From a bacterium (GTDB lineage: Bacteria > Hinthialibacterota > Hinthialibacteria > OLB16): 64,000 nt of DNA. The translations under genes and the position numbers were made by a program. Shown piece by piece: positions 46,087 through 56,388 of the stretch (within the stretch, counting starts at the first letter, position 1; every line of letters begins with the position of its first letter). The stretch is from positions 296,111-360,110 of the forward strand of contig JAJVIK010000008.1 of assembly GCA_022072055.1 (NCBI GenBank), read 5' to 3'. A model generated the notes under the pieces. The model searched no databases. It was not told the DNA's origin and worked only from the letters and a program-made list of their open reading frames with translations.

Positions 46087-49000
46087 TTGCCGTTGACCAC
46101 CAGCACCCTTCCGGCGGATCCGGGCGACTCTTGGGCGAGCAGCAGCAAGCCCTTCGCGCCACGCGCCTTCTTATCGATCCGGAAGGTGAGCTGACGAATC
46201 CCCCGTTCCAGGGTCACCAAGGTGTTCTTGCTCACCTCGACCGGTGAGTTGTCCACCCACAGCGAAAGCCCCTCGGCGGAGTTCAACTCAAAGCGAACCT
46301 CGCCGGGCGAGGTGACCTCCACCTCGCAGCGCGCGAACGCGGCGCTTTCATCCCCGCCGAAATCCTCCGCCGGGAGGATGCCCGAAACCTTGCCATAAGC
46401 CGGGGTCCAAAGGTATGGCCCACCCTCGGAAAGGACCCCCTCCAAGGGGTCCGGTTCAGACCCGGCGGGCATCTCGGCCACACGCTCCAACACACGCCAC
46501 CTTCGGACCACCGGGATGTTCGGAGTGGAATAGGGTCCCGACTTGCCGAGCTCGGAAAGGAAGCGCACCAGGTCCACCAGCTCGGATCGTGTGAGCAGGT
46601 CCGCGAGCCCGTTGGGCATGAGCGAGCCGGTGTCGCGACGGTTCTCGATGTCGTCCTTGGAGATGGGGATCTCATCCTCGACCTGGTCGCGCAAGACCAC
46701 CTCGTTTTCGGTCTCGCGCAAGAGAGTCCCGTGGTAGGAGGCCCCATCGATGGTTTCGATCAGTTGGGCGGCATAACCTTCGCGGACCGCCTTGCCGGGG
46801 GCAAGGATGGAGTCCACGAGGTAATCCGGTTGGGAGCTCACCCCAATCCCGGCCAGGTCGGGCGCGACCTGGCCCCCGCCTCCGGCGATGGCATGGCACT
46901 GAAGGCAGCTCAAATCCGCGCGGCGAAACACCGCTTCCCCTTTTTCGGGGTCGCCTTTCTCGGCAATCTCCGCGAGCAGCGCCTTCATCTCCTCCACGTT
47001 CAGTTCCCTGGCGGAGGCGGTGATTCCCGCGGATTGGGTCAGGACCTGGATAAGGGCCTGGTCTTGAGCGCCGACCGAGTAGAGATGCCGAAGGGCAAGC
47101 TTGGCCACATCGCTGTCCAGCGGTTGCCGTGCGACGGATGCAGCAAGCGCGGCGCCAAGCGCTTCCCCGCCCCCTTTCCGTTCGCGGAAGGCGGCCAAGA
47201 GTTCCGCCGGGTTCGGATCGCCGGGAGTCAAATCGGCGAGCAGCCTCGCGCCGAGCTCCGCGGCCATCCCAAGGTCCACTCCGATCAGGCCGCGAACCGC
47301 GGCGAGACGAAGCGGCTTCGGTTCGCCGACGCCTGCGAGTCGCTCCAAGATCGCGCCGCCGGCCTCCCCGCCGAGGTCCCCAAGCGCCTCCGCCGCCGCG
47401 CCGCGAACCTCCGCCGACCTTGAAGCGGAGAGCGCGATCTCCGAAATCGGGTTCCGAAGCTCCTCCAGTTTCCAGGCCCCCGCGAGACGAAGCGCCTCGC
47501 TGGCGAGCGAGGAATGCTCGTGGGTCAGATAAGCGCGCAACGCCTCGGCGGCGTTATCCGGACGCACCTCTCGTTCACGAGAGCGAGCGCGCAGCTCGGC
47601 AAAGACCCGCGCCTGGAGACTCAGGACCCCAGTATCCGGAATGGGCTGGACCTTCGGTTCAGGTTGGCTGGTGTAAAGCGTTGGGGCCAAAAGCTCCGCG
47701 AGCTCCCTCGGACCGCCAAGCGCCGCCACCATCAGCAGGATCTGCTCGCGACGTTCCGGGGAGGCCTCGCCCTTTTTGAGGATGTTCAGCAGAGGACGGA
47801 CCGCCCCCTCGGAGCGCACCGCCTGAAGCGCGAAGGAAAGGCGCTTTGAGTCGCCGCCGAAGGTGGTCTCCCCCGCCTCGAAGGAGGGCATCCAGTTTCT
47901 TTCGAGGGCGATGGCGGTGTTGCGCAGCGCGAATTCCAGGTAACGGTCCATCGGCTTGTACACCGCGAGCGTGGCGATTTCGATGGAGCGCGGGTCCGGG
48001 ACGAACGACAACGCGACCACGGCCTCCAGGCGCACACGCGGGTGCTCATCGCGAACGGCGCGTTCGAGAAGCGCAAGCGGCTCCTCGACCCGATCCAGCC
48101 AGTAGCGGAGCACGCGCACCGCCGCGGCCCGCGCGCGCGGGTCCGCGGAGGTCAGCTCCTGTTCCAGCAACGCGGGGTTGGCTCGGTCGATGGTCTGATG
48201 GGTCCAAAGCGCCTCCAATCGATGATGTTCAAACTCCGGGTCCTTGACTTCGAGCGCGGCGGTCCATTCGCGCAACTCCGTTTCGACTCGATCCGGGTCC
48301 AGGTCATAGAGGACCCGCCGGGCGTGGTGACGTTCGTAATCGACGGGGGACTTGAGGTATTCGAGAATTTCCGCGATGGATTTCCCCTCATAGACCGGCG
48401 GTTGAAGAAGCGGCTCTCCCTTGCGGGTGATCCGCCAGATGCGACCGTGGGTCTTGTCGCGCCGCGGGTCGCGGAAGTTGTACTGCATGTGCCCGATGAT
48501 CGGGTTGTACCAGTCGGCGATGTAAATCGCGCCATCGGGTCCCATCTTCACATCCACCGGGCGGAAGTACTCCTCGGTGGAGACAACGAGCGGCTCCATT
48601 TCCTTGGCGGAGAAACCGGAGCTGTCCTCGCTGAACTTGTAGCGGTGAACCACTCGGTTCTTGAAGGCGTTGAGGATCATGTCCCCTTGCCAGTCCTCGG
48701 GCCAATGCGCGCCGCTCACAAACTCGATCCCGCAGGACTTCGGCGCGCCCGGCATGAGCGGGTAATCGCCCCGCAACTTGGTGTTCACCTGGCCGGGGAG
48801 GAGATAGAAGATGTTGCCGCCGGGCGCCTCGGTCAGGAAATCCTGCCCCCAGCGGTCGAAGGCCAGGCCCCAGGGGTTGGCGAAGCCTTGTTGGACCCAA
48901 AGACCGAGCTTGAGCTTGCGCGGCTGAAACTCGAACACCCCGCCATCGTTGAGGCGCACCACGCCATGCGGGGTTTCGACCTGGGTGTGGAGAAAGATCC

Positions 49001-49523
49001 CCGACATGAAGTGCAGCAGTCCGCCGGGACTCCATTTCCAGGCCGAGATCGCGTGGTGGTTGTCCTCGGTTCCGAAGCCGGAGAGGACCACATGCTTCTC
49101 ATCAGCGACATCATCCCCATCGGTGTCCTTGAGAAACAACAGATCGGGAGGATTGGCCACATACACCCCGCCATCACCGAACTCGAATCCAGTGGGCACC
49201 AACAAGCCTTCGTAAAAGACGGTGGACTTGTCGGCGGTCCCATCCCGGTCGGTGTCCTCGAGAATCACCAGCGTGTCATGAGGACGTTCGCCCGGGGTGA
49301 TTTGCGGATAAGAGTAGGAGCAGATCGCCCAGAGTCGCCCTTTGGAGTCGAAGGCGGTCTGAATCGGGTTGACCACCATCGGTTCATGCGCGAAGCAGTT
49401 GACCTCCAGCCCCTCCTGGACCTTGAAGCCGGAGAGCTCAATCGCGGGATCGGTGGGTTGGGCGGCGGCGCTTAAAGAGCCGACAGCGATGAGAAGCAGA
49501 AATGGGCGGAGCAGGGATTTCAT
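46083..49523 (-). CDS. secreted fused beta-propeller + HEAT + cytochrome c (CLQCH) protein, 1146 aa
   Basis: N-terminal propeller (LKDTDGDDVADEKHVVLSGFG), HEAT repeats, CLQCHAIAGGGG heme motif, and a C-terminal domain of about 230 aa. Confidence 0.75.
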   Translation of the reverse strand: MKSLLRPFLLLIAVGSLSAAAQPTDPAIELSGFKVQEGLEVNCFAHEPMVVNPIQTAFDSKGRLWAICSYSYPQITPGERPHDTLVILEDTDRDGTADKSTVFYEGLLVPTGFEFGDGGVYVANPPDLLFLKDTDGDDVADEKHVVLSGFGTEDNHHAISAWKWSPGGLLHFMSGIFLHTQVETPHGVVRLNDGGVFEFQPRKLKLGLWVQQGFANPWGLAFDRWGQDFLTEAPGGNIFYLLPGQVNTKLRGDYPLMPGAPKSCGIEFVSGAHWPEDWQGDMILNAFKNRVVHRYKFSEDSSGFSAKEMEPLVVSTEEYFRPVDVKMGPDGAIYIADWYNPIIGHMQYNFRDPRRDKTHGRIWRITRKGEPLLQPPVYEGKSIAEILEYLKSPVDYERHHARRVLYDLDPDRVETELREWTAALEVKDPEFEHHRLEALWTHQTIDRANPALLEQELTSADPRARAAAVRVLRYWLDRVEEPLALLERAVRDEHPRVRLEAVVALSFVPDPRSIEIATLAVYKPMDRYLEFALRNTAIALERNWMPSFEAGETTFGGDSKRLSFALQAVRSEGAVRPLLNILKKGEASPERREQILLMVAALGGPRELAELLAPTLYTSQPEPKVQPIPDTGVLSLQARVFAELRARSREREVRPDNAAEALRAYLTHEHSSLASEALRLAGAWKLEELRNPISEIALSASRSAEVRGAAAEALGDLGGEAGGAILERLAGVGEPKPLRLAAVRGLIGVDLGMAAELGARLLADLTPGDPNPAELLAAFRERKGGGEALGAALAASVARQPLDSDVAKLALRHLYSVGAQDQALIQVLTQSAGITASARELNVEEMKALLAEIAEKGDPEKGEAVFRRADLSCLQCHAIAGGGGQVAPDLAGIGVSSQPDYLVDSILAPGKAVREGYAAQLIETIDGASYHGTLLRETENEVVLRDQVEDEIPISKDDIENRRDTGSLMPNGLADLLTRSELVDLVRFLSELGKSGPYSTPNIPVVRRWRVLERVAEMPAGSEPDPLEGVLSEGGPYLWTPAYGKVSGILPAEDFGGDESAAFARCEVEVTSPGEVRFELNSAEGLSLWVDNSPVEVSKNTLVTLERGIRQLTFRIDKKARGAKGLLLLAQESPGSAGRVLVVNGK

Positions 49524-49623
49524 GGCGGACCTCGGGAGAATGGATGACGCCGGACTTATTCCGGCGCTTCATCTTGAGGAGATAATTTGGAGTCCAGCGC
49601 CAAAGCGCCGTCGTGAGTCAATC

Positions 49624-49857
49624 TCAGGATTCCCATGAATCCCGCTCTTTGCGAATGTGGTCATCGATCTCCTCGGTGGACCCATAGAGACCCCGGGCAA
49701 TCCCAAACAGGTCTGAGAAACGCGCGCTTCCTTTGTCCGCCTGCTGCTCCGCCAGCACGATCACCTCAGCGGTTCCCCCTTCGGGAAGCTCCGGCGAGCG
49801 GGTTTCAATGGTTCCCCCGGGCTGAATTGTCACGGTCTTCCGGATTGCCGCGATCAT
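49624..49857 (-). CDS. small antitoxin-like protein (DUF104/AF2212-type fold), orphan
   Basis: KTVTIQPGGTIETRSPELPEGGTAEVIVLAEQ fits the ...G.i.lP..lpeG..v.V... pattern of VapB-like small antitoxins. No PIN partner lies adjacent. Confidence 0.4.
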   Translation of the reverse strand: MIAAIRKTVTIQPGGTIETRSPELPEGGTAEVIVLAEQQADKGSARFSDLFGIARGLYGSTEEIDDHIRKERDSWES

Positions 49858-49952
49858 GGTTCATGTCCTTTCATGGGGTGGCCAATGAACCGGAAATCCC
49901 CGCCTCTTCCGCGACCTTCTCGTAGCCGAAGCAGTCCATCTTAGCAGCCTCA

Positions 49953-52073
49953 TCAATTCGGATCATCCTTCTTTCGCAGGCTCACCCGCACTGGTTCGGG
50001 GACCGCGAGGCGCGAAATCTCCGCCTCCTTCTCCGCGATCAGCCGCTCGAATTCGTCCATCTCCGCCGGAAATTGATCGTTGCCGGCGTTGCCCTGCCCA
50101 TCGGGATCCCCGCTGCTCTTGGAGCGCCGCCCATAGATGTACTCCCCGTTGTGGGCGCGCCAGCGGAAAAAGAACAGTTGGTTCTTCTCCACCACAAGCC
50201 GGCGCACCTGTTCGGTTTGCTCCTCGGCTCCGAACGGGGTGGGGAGGTTGACCCCCTTCTCCAGAAACTCCGAGGGGAGGGTGAGTTCCGGCGCCTTCCC
50301 GTTGAATGCCACGGTATACTTTCCCGGCTCCAGCCCCTCAACCCGCAAGAGGGCGCACCCGGGAGGCTCTCGGCCCTTGTCGCTTCCCTTCCGCCAGACC
50401 TGACTGGGCGGGACCATCGGAGGTGGAAGGAATGGAAAATCAACGGCCAGCTCAACCCCCTCCGGGCCGCGCTCCACTTTCGGGATCGCCTTCCCGGCCA
50501 GCGTGGCCGAACCCCTCCTCGCGTCCACCTCCAACCTCAGGTCCGGTCCTTGGAGACCGAGCTGTTCCAACACCCGGTTCGCGGCGCGCCAGTACCCTCG
50601 CGCGTTCAAATGGATCCCATTCTCGGTTAGAAATTCCCTTTCCGCGGACCCTTGAGGGGATAGGTCGCAGAGGTCCACGAACCGGCAGCCTTGCTCGCGC
50701 GCCAAACCGCTGATCGCGGATCGATATTCCGCGAGGATCCGGTTCCTGCTCGACTGATCCGGCAGCGGCGGACCCAAATCCTCTAGTGTGATCGGCGAAA
50801 GCAGCGCGATTTCGCGCGGGTCGAAGGCCCGCGCGCGGGCAAGGATGGAGGTGTAGCCCGCCAGGAACTCCGGGATCCCTTCCACTCCCTGATCGAAGGC
50901 CGAGTTCATCCCATAGGCCAGGATGAACACGTTCGGCTGGAACGGTTCCAGATGGGTTTCGAGCTCGCCGAAGTTCAGCGGGCGCGCCTGAATGCGGACC
51001 GTGTCCCCCGCCCAGGAATAGTTCCGGAATCGAATTCCGCGTCCCGGAAAACGCAGGGTAAGCAAGGTCTCGATGTACCCGTCATAGCGCTCGCGGTCGA
51101 GCAGGTTCTCGCCGATCAGCGCCACCCGGTCCCCATCCTGGAGCTCGAACTGAAGCGAACCGTGCTTCTCCTTGGCCGATTCCGGGAGAATCGGTTTCCC
51201 CAGCGCCCAATGGATGCCATTGAACACCAGGCGACGAAAGGCGGGGACCTCGAAATCCTCCGGGTGTCCGATGGTGGTCATGAACACCTTGCCGCCGCCC
51301 GGATGGGTCCGTGTCCAGGCCACGGGGTTGAGGTCCCGTTCCGCCTCGGGCTTCTGGCTTGGCCCCACCGATTTCCCGATCAGGAGAATTTCGGCGTCCT
51401 TGGGGGGATACTCCGGGCGGACCTGATAGAGCCAGGAGCGCACATGGAAGGACGGGTCGACCCCGGAGAGGATCGGGTTGCCTTCCGCGCCGGGGACCAC
51501 CGAGACATCGGTGCTCGATTCATGCCCGTAGTGGTGAATCCAGGGGGCGCCCAGAACCCGCGCCCCAAAGGCGTTCCAGTGCTCCGCGAGCGGGTCTCCG
51601 GAGGCATAGTTGAAGGCATGGGTGGAGGTCCGAAACGCAACGATGGGTTTCCCGGAGTCGAGGTATTCCTGCAGTGACTTCACCTGTTCTTCGGGGAAAG
51701 TGCGGAAACGCATGTAGACCACCAGCAGGTCGGCATCTTTGAGGGCCTCAAGCCCGGGCATGTCGTTGAGGCGCTTTCCGGCCTCGGGCTTCCAGACACT
51801 GGTCATGTTCTTGTCGTGGAGGAGGGTGGTTTTCATCCCGAAACGGCTCTCCAGTTCCTTGGCGATGCCCGGCATGGTGACCTCGGACTTGTATTCATCC
51901 TCGCCGATCAGGAAGAGGACATGGGCCGGGTCCGCCGCTCGCGCCGCAAGGGATGCGTAGAGGGGGATGAGGAAAGCCAGGAACAGGGAAGTGAGCGGGC
52001 GTGGGCTGGGGTGTGACATTCCGGTCCCTCCTTGGAGTGGGGCATTGTGACACTGGAAAACCTGGGGGCGCAA
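49953..52073 (-). CDS. secreted ThuA-like (class-I glutamine-amidotransferase-like) + SGNH/GDSL hydrolase fusion
   Basis: ThuA region (VLFLIGEDEYKSE...GKPIVAFRTSTHAF...TTIGHPEDF), then an SGNH-like block (RVALIGENLLDRERY...NYSWAGDTV). The start is more likely the Met near 52019 (MSHPSPRPLTSLFLAFLIPL signal). Confidence 0.7.
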   Translation of the reverse strand: MRPQVFQCHNAPLQGGTGMSHPSPRPLTSLFLAFLIPLYASLAARAADPAHVLFLIGEDEYKSEVTMPGIAKELESRFGMKTTLLHDKNMTSVWKPEAGKRLNDMPGLEALKDADLLVVYMRFRTFPEEQVKSLQEYLDSGKPIVAFRTSTHAFNYASGDPLAEHWNAFGARVLGAPWIHHYGHESSTDVSVVPGAEGNPILSGVDPSFHVRSWLYQVRPEYPPKDAEILLIGKSVGPSQKPEAERDLNPVAWTRTHPGGGKVFMTTIGHPEDFEVPAFRRLVFNGIHWALGKPILPESAKEKHGSLQFELQDGDRVALIGENLLDRERYDGYIETLLTLRFPGRGIRFRNYSWAGDTVRIQARPLNFGELETHLEPFQPNVFILAYGMNSAFDQGVEGIPEFLAGYTSILARARAFDPREIALLSPITLEDLGPPLPDQSSRNRILAEYRSAISGLAREQGCRFVDLCDLSPQGSAEREFLTENGIHLNARGYWRAANRVLEQLGLQGPDLRLEVDARRGSATLAGKAIPKVERGPEGVELAVDFPFLPPPMVPPSQVWRKGSDKGREPPGCALLRVEGLEPGKYTVAFNGKAPELTLPSEFLEKGVNLPTPFGAEEQTEQVRRLVVEKNQLFFFRWRAHNGEYIYGRRSKSSGDPDGQGNAGNDQFPAEMDEFERLIAEKEAEISRLAVPEPVRVSLRKKDDPN

Positions 52074-52399
52074 GCGGAGAAACGGGCAATTTCAGGATTT
52101 CCACTTGGCTTGGTCGGGAAGGACCGTTAGCCCGGGAATACCCCGGCGTCCCTCGACTTTCCCCTGCCGATGGATACACCGATGGGGGGCCTCTCCGACG
52201 CGGAGGTGGGTACCGTGGTATGGCCGCTGAGCTGAGAATCCCTGCTCGCGTCAGCGGGCAGTTGCAGATGCATCGTGGTGCGACTATGAGAGCAGGCATT
52301 TTCCGGGTGGCCAAAAGAGCGATCTAGCTTTAACCTCGACGACATCGCTGCCGGTTCAGTATCCATCGCAGCCAGTCCAGTCGAGGAGGTGGCCACGCC

Positions 52400-55300
52400 A
52401 TGAAACCGAAATTGGGACTGATTCTGGTCTTGATCGTCCTCCCTGTGGCGGGAGTTCAGAAGGTGGCCGCCCAGCCCGAAGCTCTGTTCATCGGATCCGC
52501 CGTCAAGTTCATTTACGTGGACGGGAACTTTGATTTCATGGGGCCGAGCACGCCCTCATGCGCGGAGGGGCTGGCAAATTCCGATGGCGGGAACGATCCG
52601 CTGAGCCCGCTTGGACCTCCCCCAACCCTCAACTCCGGGACCGAACTGTATGTCCCGACCTTTCTCAAGGGTGGGCTTTTCACGGGAACCCAAATCGCGG
52701 TCCAGAATGTCGGGGACGCCTCCTCGGTGGTCCGCATCTTTTACTTCGATGAATCCGAGAATTTCATGGGCTGCGACTCGGGGATTGTCACTCCGGGGTC
52801 CTCTCACGTGTTCGACACCGCCGGGATCCAGGTGGATTTCGGCTGCGCCATCATTCAATCGCTCGACCCGGACTCGATTCCGCTTCAAGATCGCTTTGAT
52901 TGCGTGGGCGAACCAGTCCCCTTCAAGAGGAAAGAAGGGGAGAAACTCGCTTTTGTCCCCGGCCCTCCAATCACCGCTCAAGTTCAAATCAACCATGGAA
53001 CAACCTCGCCGGGGGAGCCGGTTCGGGCCACGACTTTCAACGCGTTCTCGGACCGGATGGGGGATGTCAATTTCCAGAGCAATCGCCTGCGCTACATGCT
53101 TCCCCGGGTGGTGACATCGGCCACCCAAACCACCCTCTTCAATGTTTTCAACACAACCCCGCAGGCGACCATCGTGGACCTCACCTACCGGGATGAAGCC
53201 AGTGGCGCGGTGATCCACTCGGCGAGCCTCTATCTGACCGGGTATGACACCCAACCCTACAACGTGAGGGATGTGCTTCAGCAGGATTTCCATGGATCGG
53301 TGATTCTGGAAGTGACGGATGGAGTCGAGACGCCCTTGGCGATTGTCGCCCATCGGGTCAACCTCTCGCCGCTCCTGGTGGGGAGCTACCTCGCGGTCCC
53401 CCTGAATAGCGGAAACTTCGACTACAGCGCCTCGGACCGCGCCTTCGCCCCGATCTCATACGAGCCGGGATCGGAGACTCAGGTCACGCTGGCGAATGTG
53501 GAGAGCTCCACCGAGGACTACACGGTGCAGATCCGTGACTCTTTCGGGGATGTCCTTTCCACTCGGATGGTGACGCTTGGTCCGGAACGCACCGAGACCC
53601 TTTCCTTCCCGGATCCGGGAACATCCGCCGGGCCGCGAGTCGGGTTTGTGCGGATCGACGGAACGGATGAGTTCCACGCGGTCCTCTTCCAGCGTTTCGA
53701 GGACAACACCGAGACCCTCGGTCAATGGGTCACCTATAACATCCACAGCGGCGATGAAACCGTGGGATTCACTCCCTTCGGAGAGAAAGGGAGTCTTCCC
53801 GAGGAGAACGGCGCGGCGGATCTCCTCGCGCTCCCGATGGCGGGGAAACTGGATGCTGCTCACGGACGGGTGACTGAAATCCTCCTCAGCAATCTGAATC
53901 CGCTTCCCGGACTCTCCGCCGCGAACATCCATGTCTATGACAGCGCGGGACTCCGGGATGTTCACTGCGTGCTGCTCCAACCCCTTGAGACCCTTCGCGT
54001 TCCAGTCGATTTCCCTCGCCTCGGCGAAGGGGCGCTGGCCTCGATTGTCATCAAGGGCGCCTCCACCAGCCAAAGGCCGAGCGTGGGGATGAATCAGTTC
54101 AACACCTTCGCCCTCGCGGCGGTGGCGATCCAACGAAATGTGTCCCTTCCCGATCCTCCCGATGCCTCGGTGGAACTCGCCCCCGGCGGCAACGATGTTT
54201 CCGCGTCCTTCGCGGGGAGGTTTGCGTTGGATAATCCGGACAACGGTCCGTATACCCTGTTTTTCCCTGACCTCCGAGGCTCAGCGGACTCCGAGGGTCC
54301 GATGGATGCGCTGAGCTTCCAAGTGATCGGCGATCCGGGGGCTCCGGGAACTCAGATCGGGGTGATCTTCTTCAGCGAGTCGGATGTGGTTGGAACAACA
54401 GTCTCGCCTGTCCTGGCTTATCCGGCGGGCTTTCGCGTGGAGCCGGAGGATATTCCCTCTCAAGCGCGCAGCGCGGCGGCTTTTTCACTGATCGCCAACG
54501 GCACCGCCGCCCTGGGCTTCTCCGCCATCGACAGACTTAACGTATACGCCTTGTTCCGTCATGTTTTCGAGGCCGGAACGCCCCTCCTGGTCCCCTATGG
54601 TCCGATCTCGGGGGTGGCCGAGCGGAATGCACCCTCGGCGTCGGGGGACGGTGGACGGGTCCTTGCCGCTTATGAGTCGATTCCGGACTCGGGCCTGGGG
54701 ACCTTGGATCCGGTCTACTCCGGGTACGCTTATCACCTGCCCTTGCTTCTGGCGGATGAGGGGTTTGACGCCACGCTCACCATTCAGAACGCGGGGCTGT
54801 TCCCCGGCGCGGTCGAGGTCATCCTGCGACGTGAAGGAGCGCTCAAGTCCTCGCCCCTTGTCCGCTCCTTGAAGGACCTCCTTCCGATGGAAGCCGCATT
54901 GGGCGAAAAGCTCCTTCTCTCGAGCGCGGACCAGGTGATCCACCTCGACCCTCTTCGCCCTGGGACCTCCCAGTCGTTGCGCGTGTCGGAGATCGTGGGA
55001 GCCGGATTTCGAGGAAGCGCGGTGATTCGCTCCGCGCAGCCGCTGGCGGTGATGGCCCAGCTTGAAAGCGGCGGGACATCCGCAGCGTACACCGCCGAGC
55101 CTTACGAGCTCAGATATGTCTTCAATGGGATCCCCTTCTTCAGCGAGGGATCCCAGGCCGCTTACTGCCCGCTCATCTTGGACCGCGGGCACGGATGGGA
55201 CACCGGAATCATTGTCCAGAACCTGAACAAACTGGTGGACGCCAAGGTGCGGGTGGACCTTTACTCCAACGCGGGCGAGGTCCTTGAAACGCGGAGTGGG

Positions 55301-56350
55301 TTCATCGCGCCAGGCTCCTCGGCAAGGTTTGATTTCCCCGCGAGCGCGAATGAGATCGATCAGGAGCCGAGCGCCTCGAACTGGCTCCAGGTCATCTCGG
55401 AGGAGATCTGGCAGGAGGGGACCCCTCAAGCTCTTTCCAGCAATATCGCCGTGGTGGCGCACTTGGTGAGAGGCAATGACTCCGGGTGTGTACTGGAATC
55501 GGTCCTCTACAACGCCCTTTCGGAGGGGGAGGCGTTCAACTGGCCCGGAGTCCTGAACGGGGCCGGGACAAGGCACCTGCTGATCCCCTCCTTCCAGAAG
55601 AGTTTCGGAGAGGGACAAGTGAGCAGCGTGGTTTCCGTTGTGAATGTGAACCCGCACCAAGGCTCCAGCACGCTTTCCAATGTCCGCTTTCTGGGGGATG
55701 GCTTCACCACCAATCTGAGCTCGATCTCGGTTCCCCATCGCGAGTCCTTCTTTCTCGATTCGGCAAACTTGCTGGGAATCCCCCCCGGATCCGCGGGGGT
55801 CCTGGCCATGAGCGCCCTGCCCGCGGGCAGCGGCCAGGTGGCCGGTCCCGGTTTCGCGGCGATGGTCCTCCATCGCGCCGAGGGATTGCTCCCTCACCTC
55901 CCCTGCGATGCCACGCCACCAACATCGACACCCACCGATTCTCCCACAGAGACTCCTTCTTTCACGGGCACGCCCACCTCTCCCCCCACCGAGACTCCAA
56001 CCGGCACCCCATCTTTGGTTTCCACCGAAACCGCCACGATCACGGACACCCCCTCCTCGACCGTCACTCCGACCGAGGCGCTCGTGGTCCCAACCGAGAC
56101 CCCCACATTCACCTCTGAGGGACCGACGCCCACGGACACCCTCGGGGGACCGAGCCCGACCGCCAGCCCAAGCCCCACCGAAACCCTGGTGGGACCGAGC
56201 CCCACGCCAACAAATATGTTCGAAGGCCCAACGCCCACAGCAACCCCGACGGAGGATGAGCTTCACCGCGCGGACATCAATCGGAATGGTCGGGTGGATG
56301 AGGAGGACTTGCTGCTGTTGCTCAAGTACTGGTTTCAGTTGGTGGACTGA
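52400..56350 (+). CDS. 1316-aa secreted protein: at least 7 CARDB-like beta-sandwich repeats + Thr/Pro-rich linker + C-terminal dockerin-like tail
   Basis: Signal peptide. Recurrent repeats of about 100 aa (IAVQNVGDAS..., VTLANVESST..., LTIQNAGLFP..., IIVQNLNKLV..., SVVSVVNVNP...). TPT/SPT linker. C-terminal DINRNGRVDEEDLLLLLKYWFQLVD. Confidence 0.7.
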   Translation: MKPKLGLILVLIVLPVAGVQKVAAQPEALFIGSAVKFIYVDGNFDFMGPSTPSCAEGLANSDGGNDPLSPLGPPPTLNSGTELYVPTFLKGGLFTGTQIAVQNVGDASSVVRIFYFDESENFMGCDSGIVTPGSSHVFDTAGIQVDFGCAIIQSLDPDSIPLQDRFDCVGEPVPFKRKEGEKLAFVPGPPITAQVQINHGTTSPGEPVRATTFNAFSDRMGDVNFQSNRLRYMLPRVVTSATQTTLFNVFNTTPQATIVDLTYRDEASGAVIHSASLYLTGYDTQPYNVRDVLQQDFHGSVILEVTDGVETPLAIVAHRVNLSPLLVGSYLAVPLNSGNFDYSASDRAFAPISYEPGSETQVTLANVESSTEDYTVQIRDSFGDVLSTRMVTLGPERTETLSFPDPGTSAGPRVGFVRIDGTDEFHAVLFQRFEDNTETLGQWVTYNIHSGDETVGFTPFGEKGSLPEENGAADLLALPMAGKLDAAHGRVTEILLSNLNPLPGLSAANIHVYDSAGLRDVHCVLLQPLETLRVPVDFPRLGEGALASIVIKGASTSQRPSVGMNQFNTFALAAVAIQRNVSLPDPPDASVELAPGGNDVSASFAGRFALDNPDNGPYTLFFPDLRGSADSEGPMDALSFQVIGDPGAPGTQIGVIFFSESDVVGTTVSPVLAYPAGFRVEPEDIPSQARSAAAFSLIANGTAALGFSAIDRLNVYALFRHVFEAGTPLLVPYGPISGVAERNAPSASGDGGRVLAAYESIPDSGLGTLDPVYSGYAYHLPLLLADEGFDATLTIQNAGLFPGAVEVILRREGALKSSPLVRSLKDLLPMEAALGEKLLLSSADQVIHLDPLRPGTSQSLRVSEIVGAGFRGSAVIRSAQPLAVMAQLESGGTSAAYTAEPYELRYVFNGIPFFSEGSQAAYCPLILDRGHGWDTGIIVQNLNKLVDAKVRVDLYSNAGEVLETRSGFIAPGSSARFDFPASANEIDQEPSASNWLQVISEEIWQEGTPQALSSNIAVVAHLVRGNDSGCVLESVLYNALSEGEAFNWPGVLNGAGTRHLLIPSFQKSFGEGQVSSVVSVVNVNPHQGSSTLSNVRFLGDGFTTNLSSISVPHRESFFLDSANLLGIPPGSAGVLAMSALPAGSGQVAGPGFAAMVLHRAEGLLPHLPCDATPPTSTPTDSPTETPSFTGTPTSPPTETPTGTPSLVSTETATITDTPSSTVTPTEALVVPTETPTFTSEGPTPTDTLGGPSPTASPSPTETLVGPSPTPTNMFEGPTPTATPTEDELHRADINRNGRVDEEDLLLLLKYWFQLVD

Positions 56351-56388
56351 CCGAATGAATGTCGACAGGGGTGTCGCGCGCGGCTCGG

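Noticed and set aside
48042-49475. 477-aa plus-strand ORF
   Set aside because: Antisense to the 1146-aa propeller/HEAT/cytochrome-c gene. Compositional artefact.
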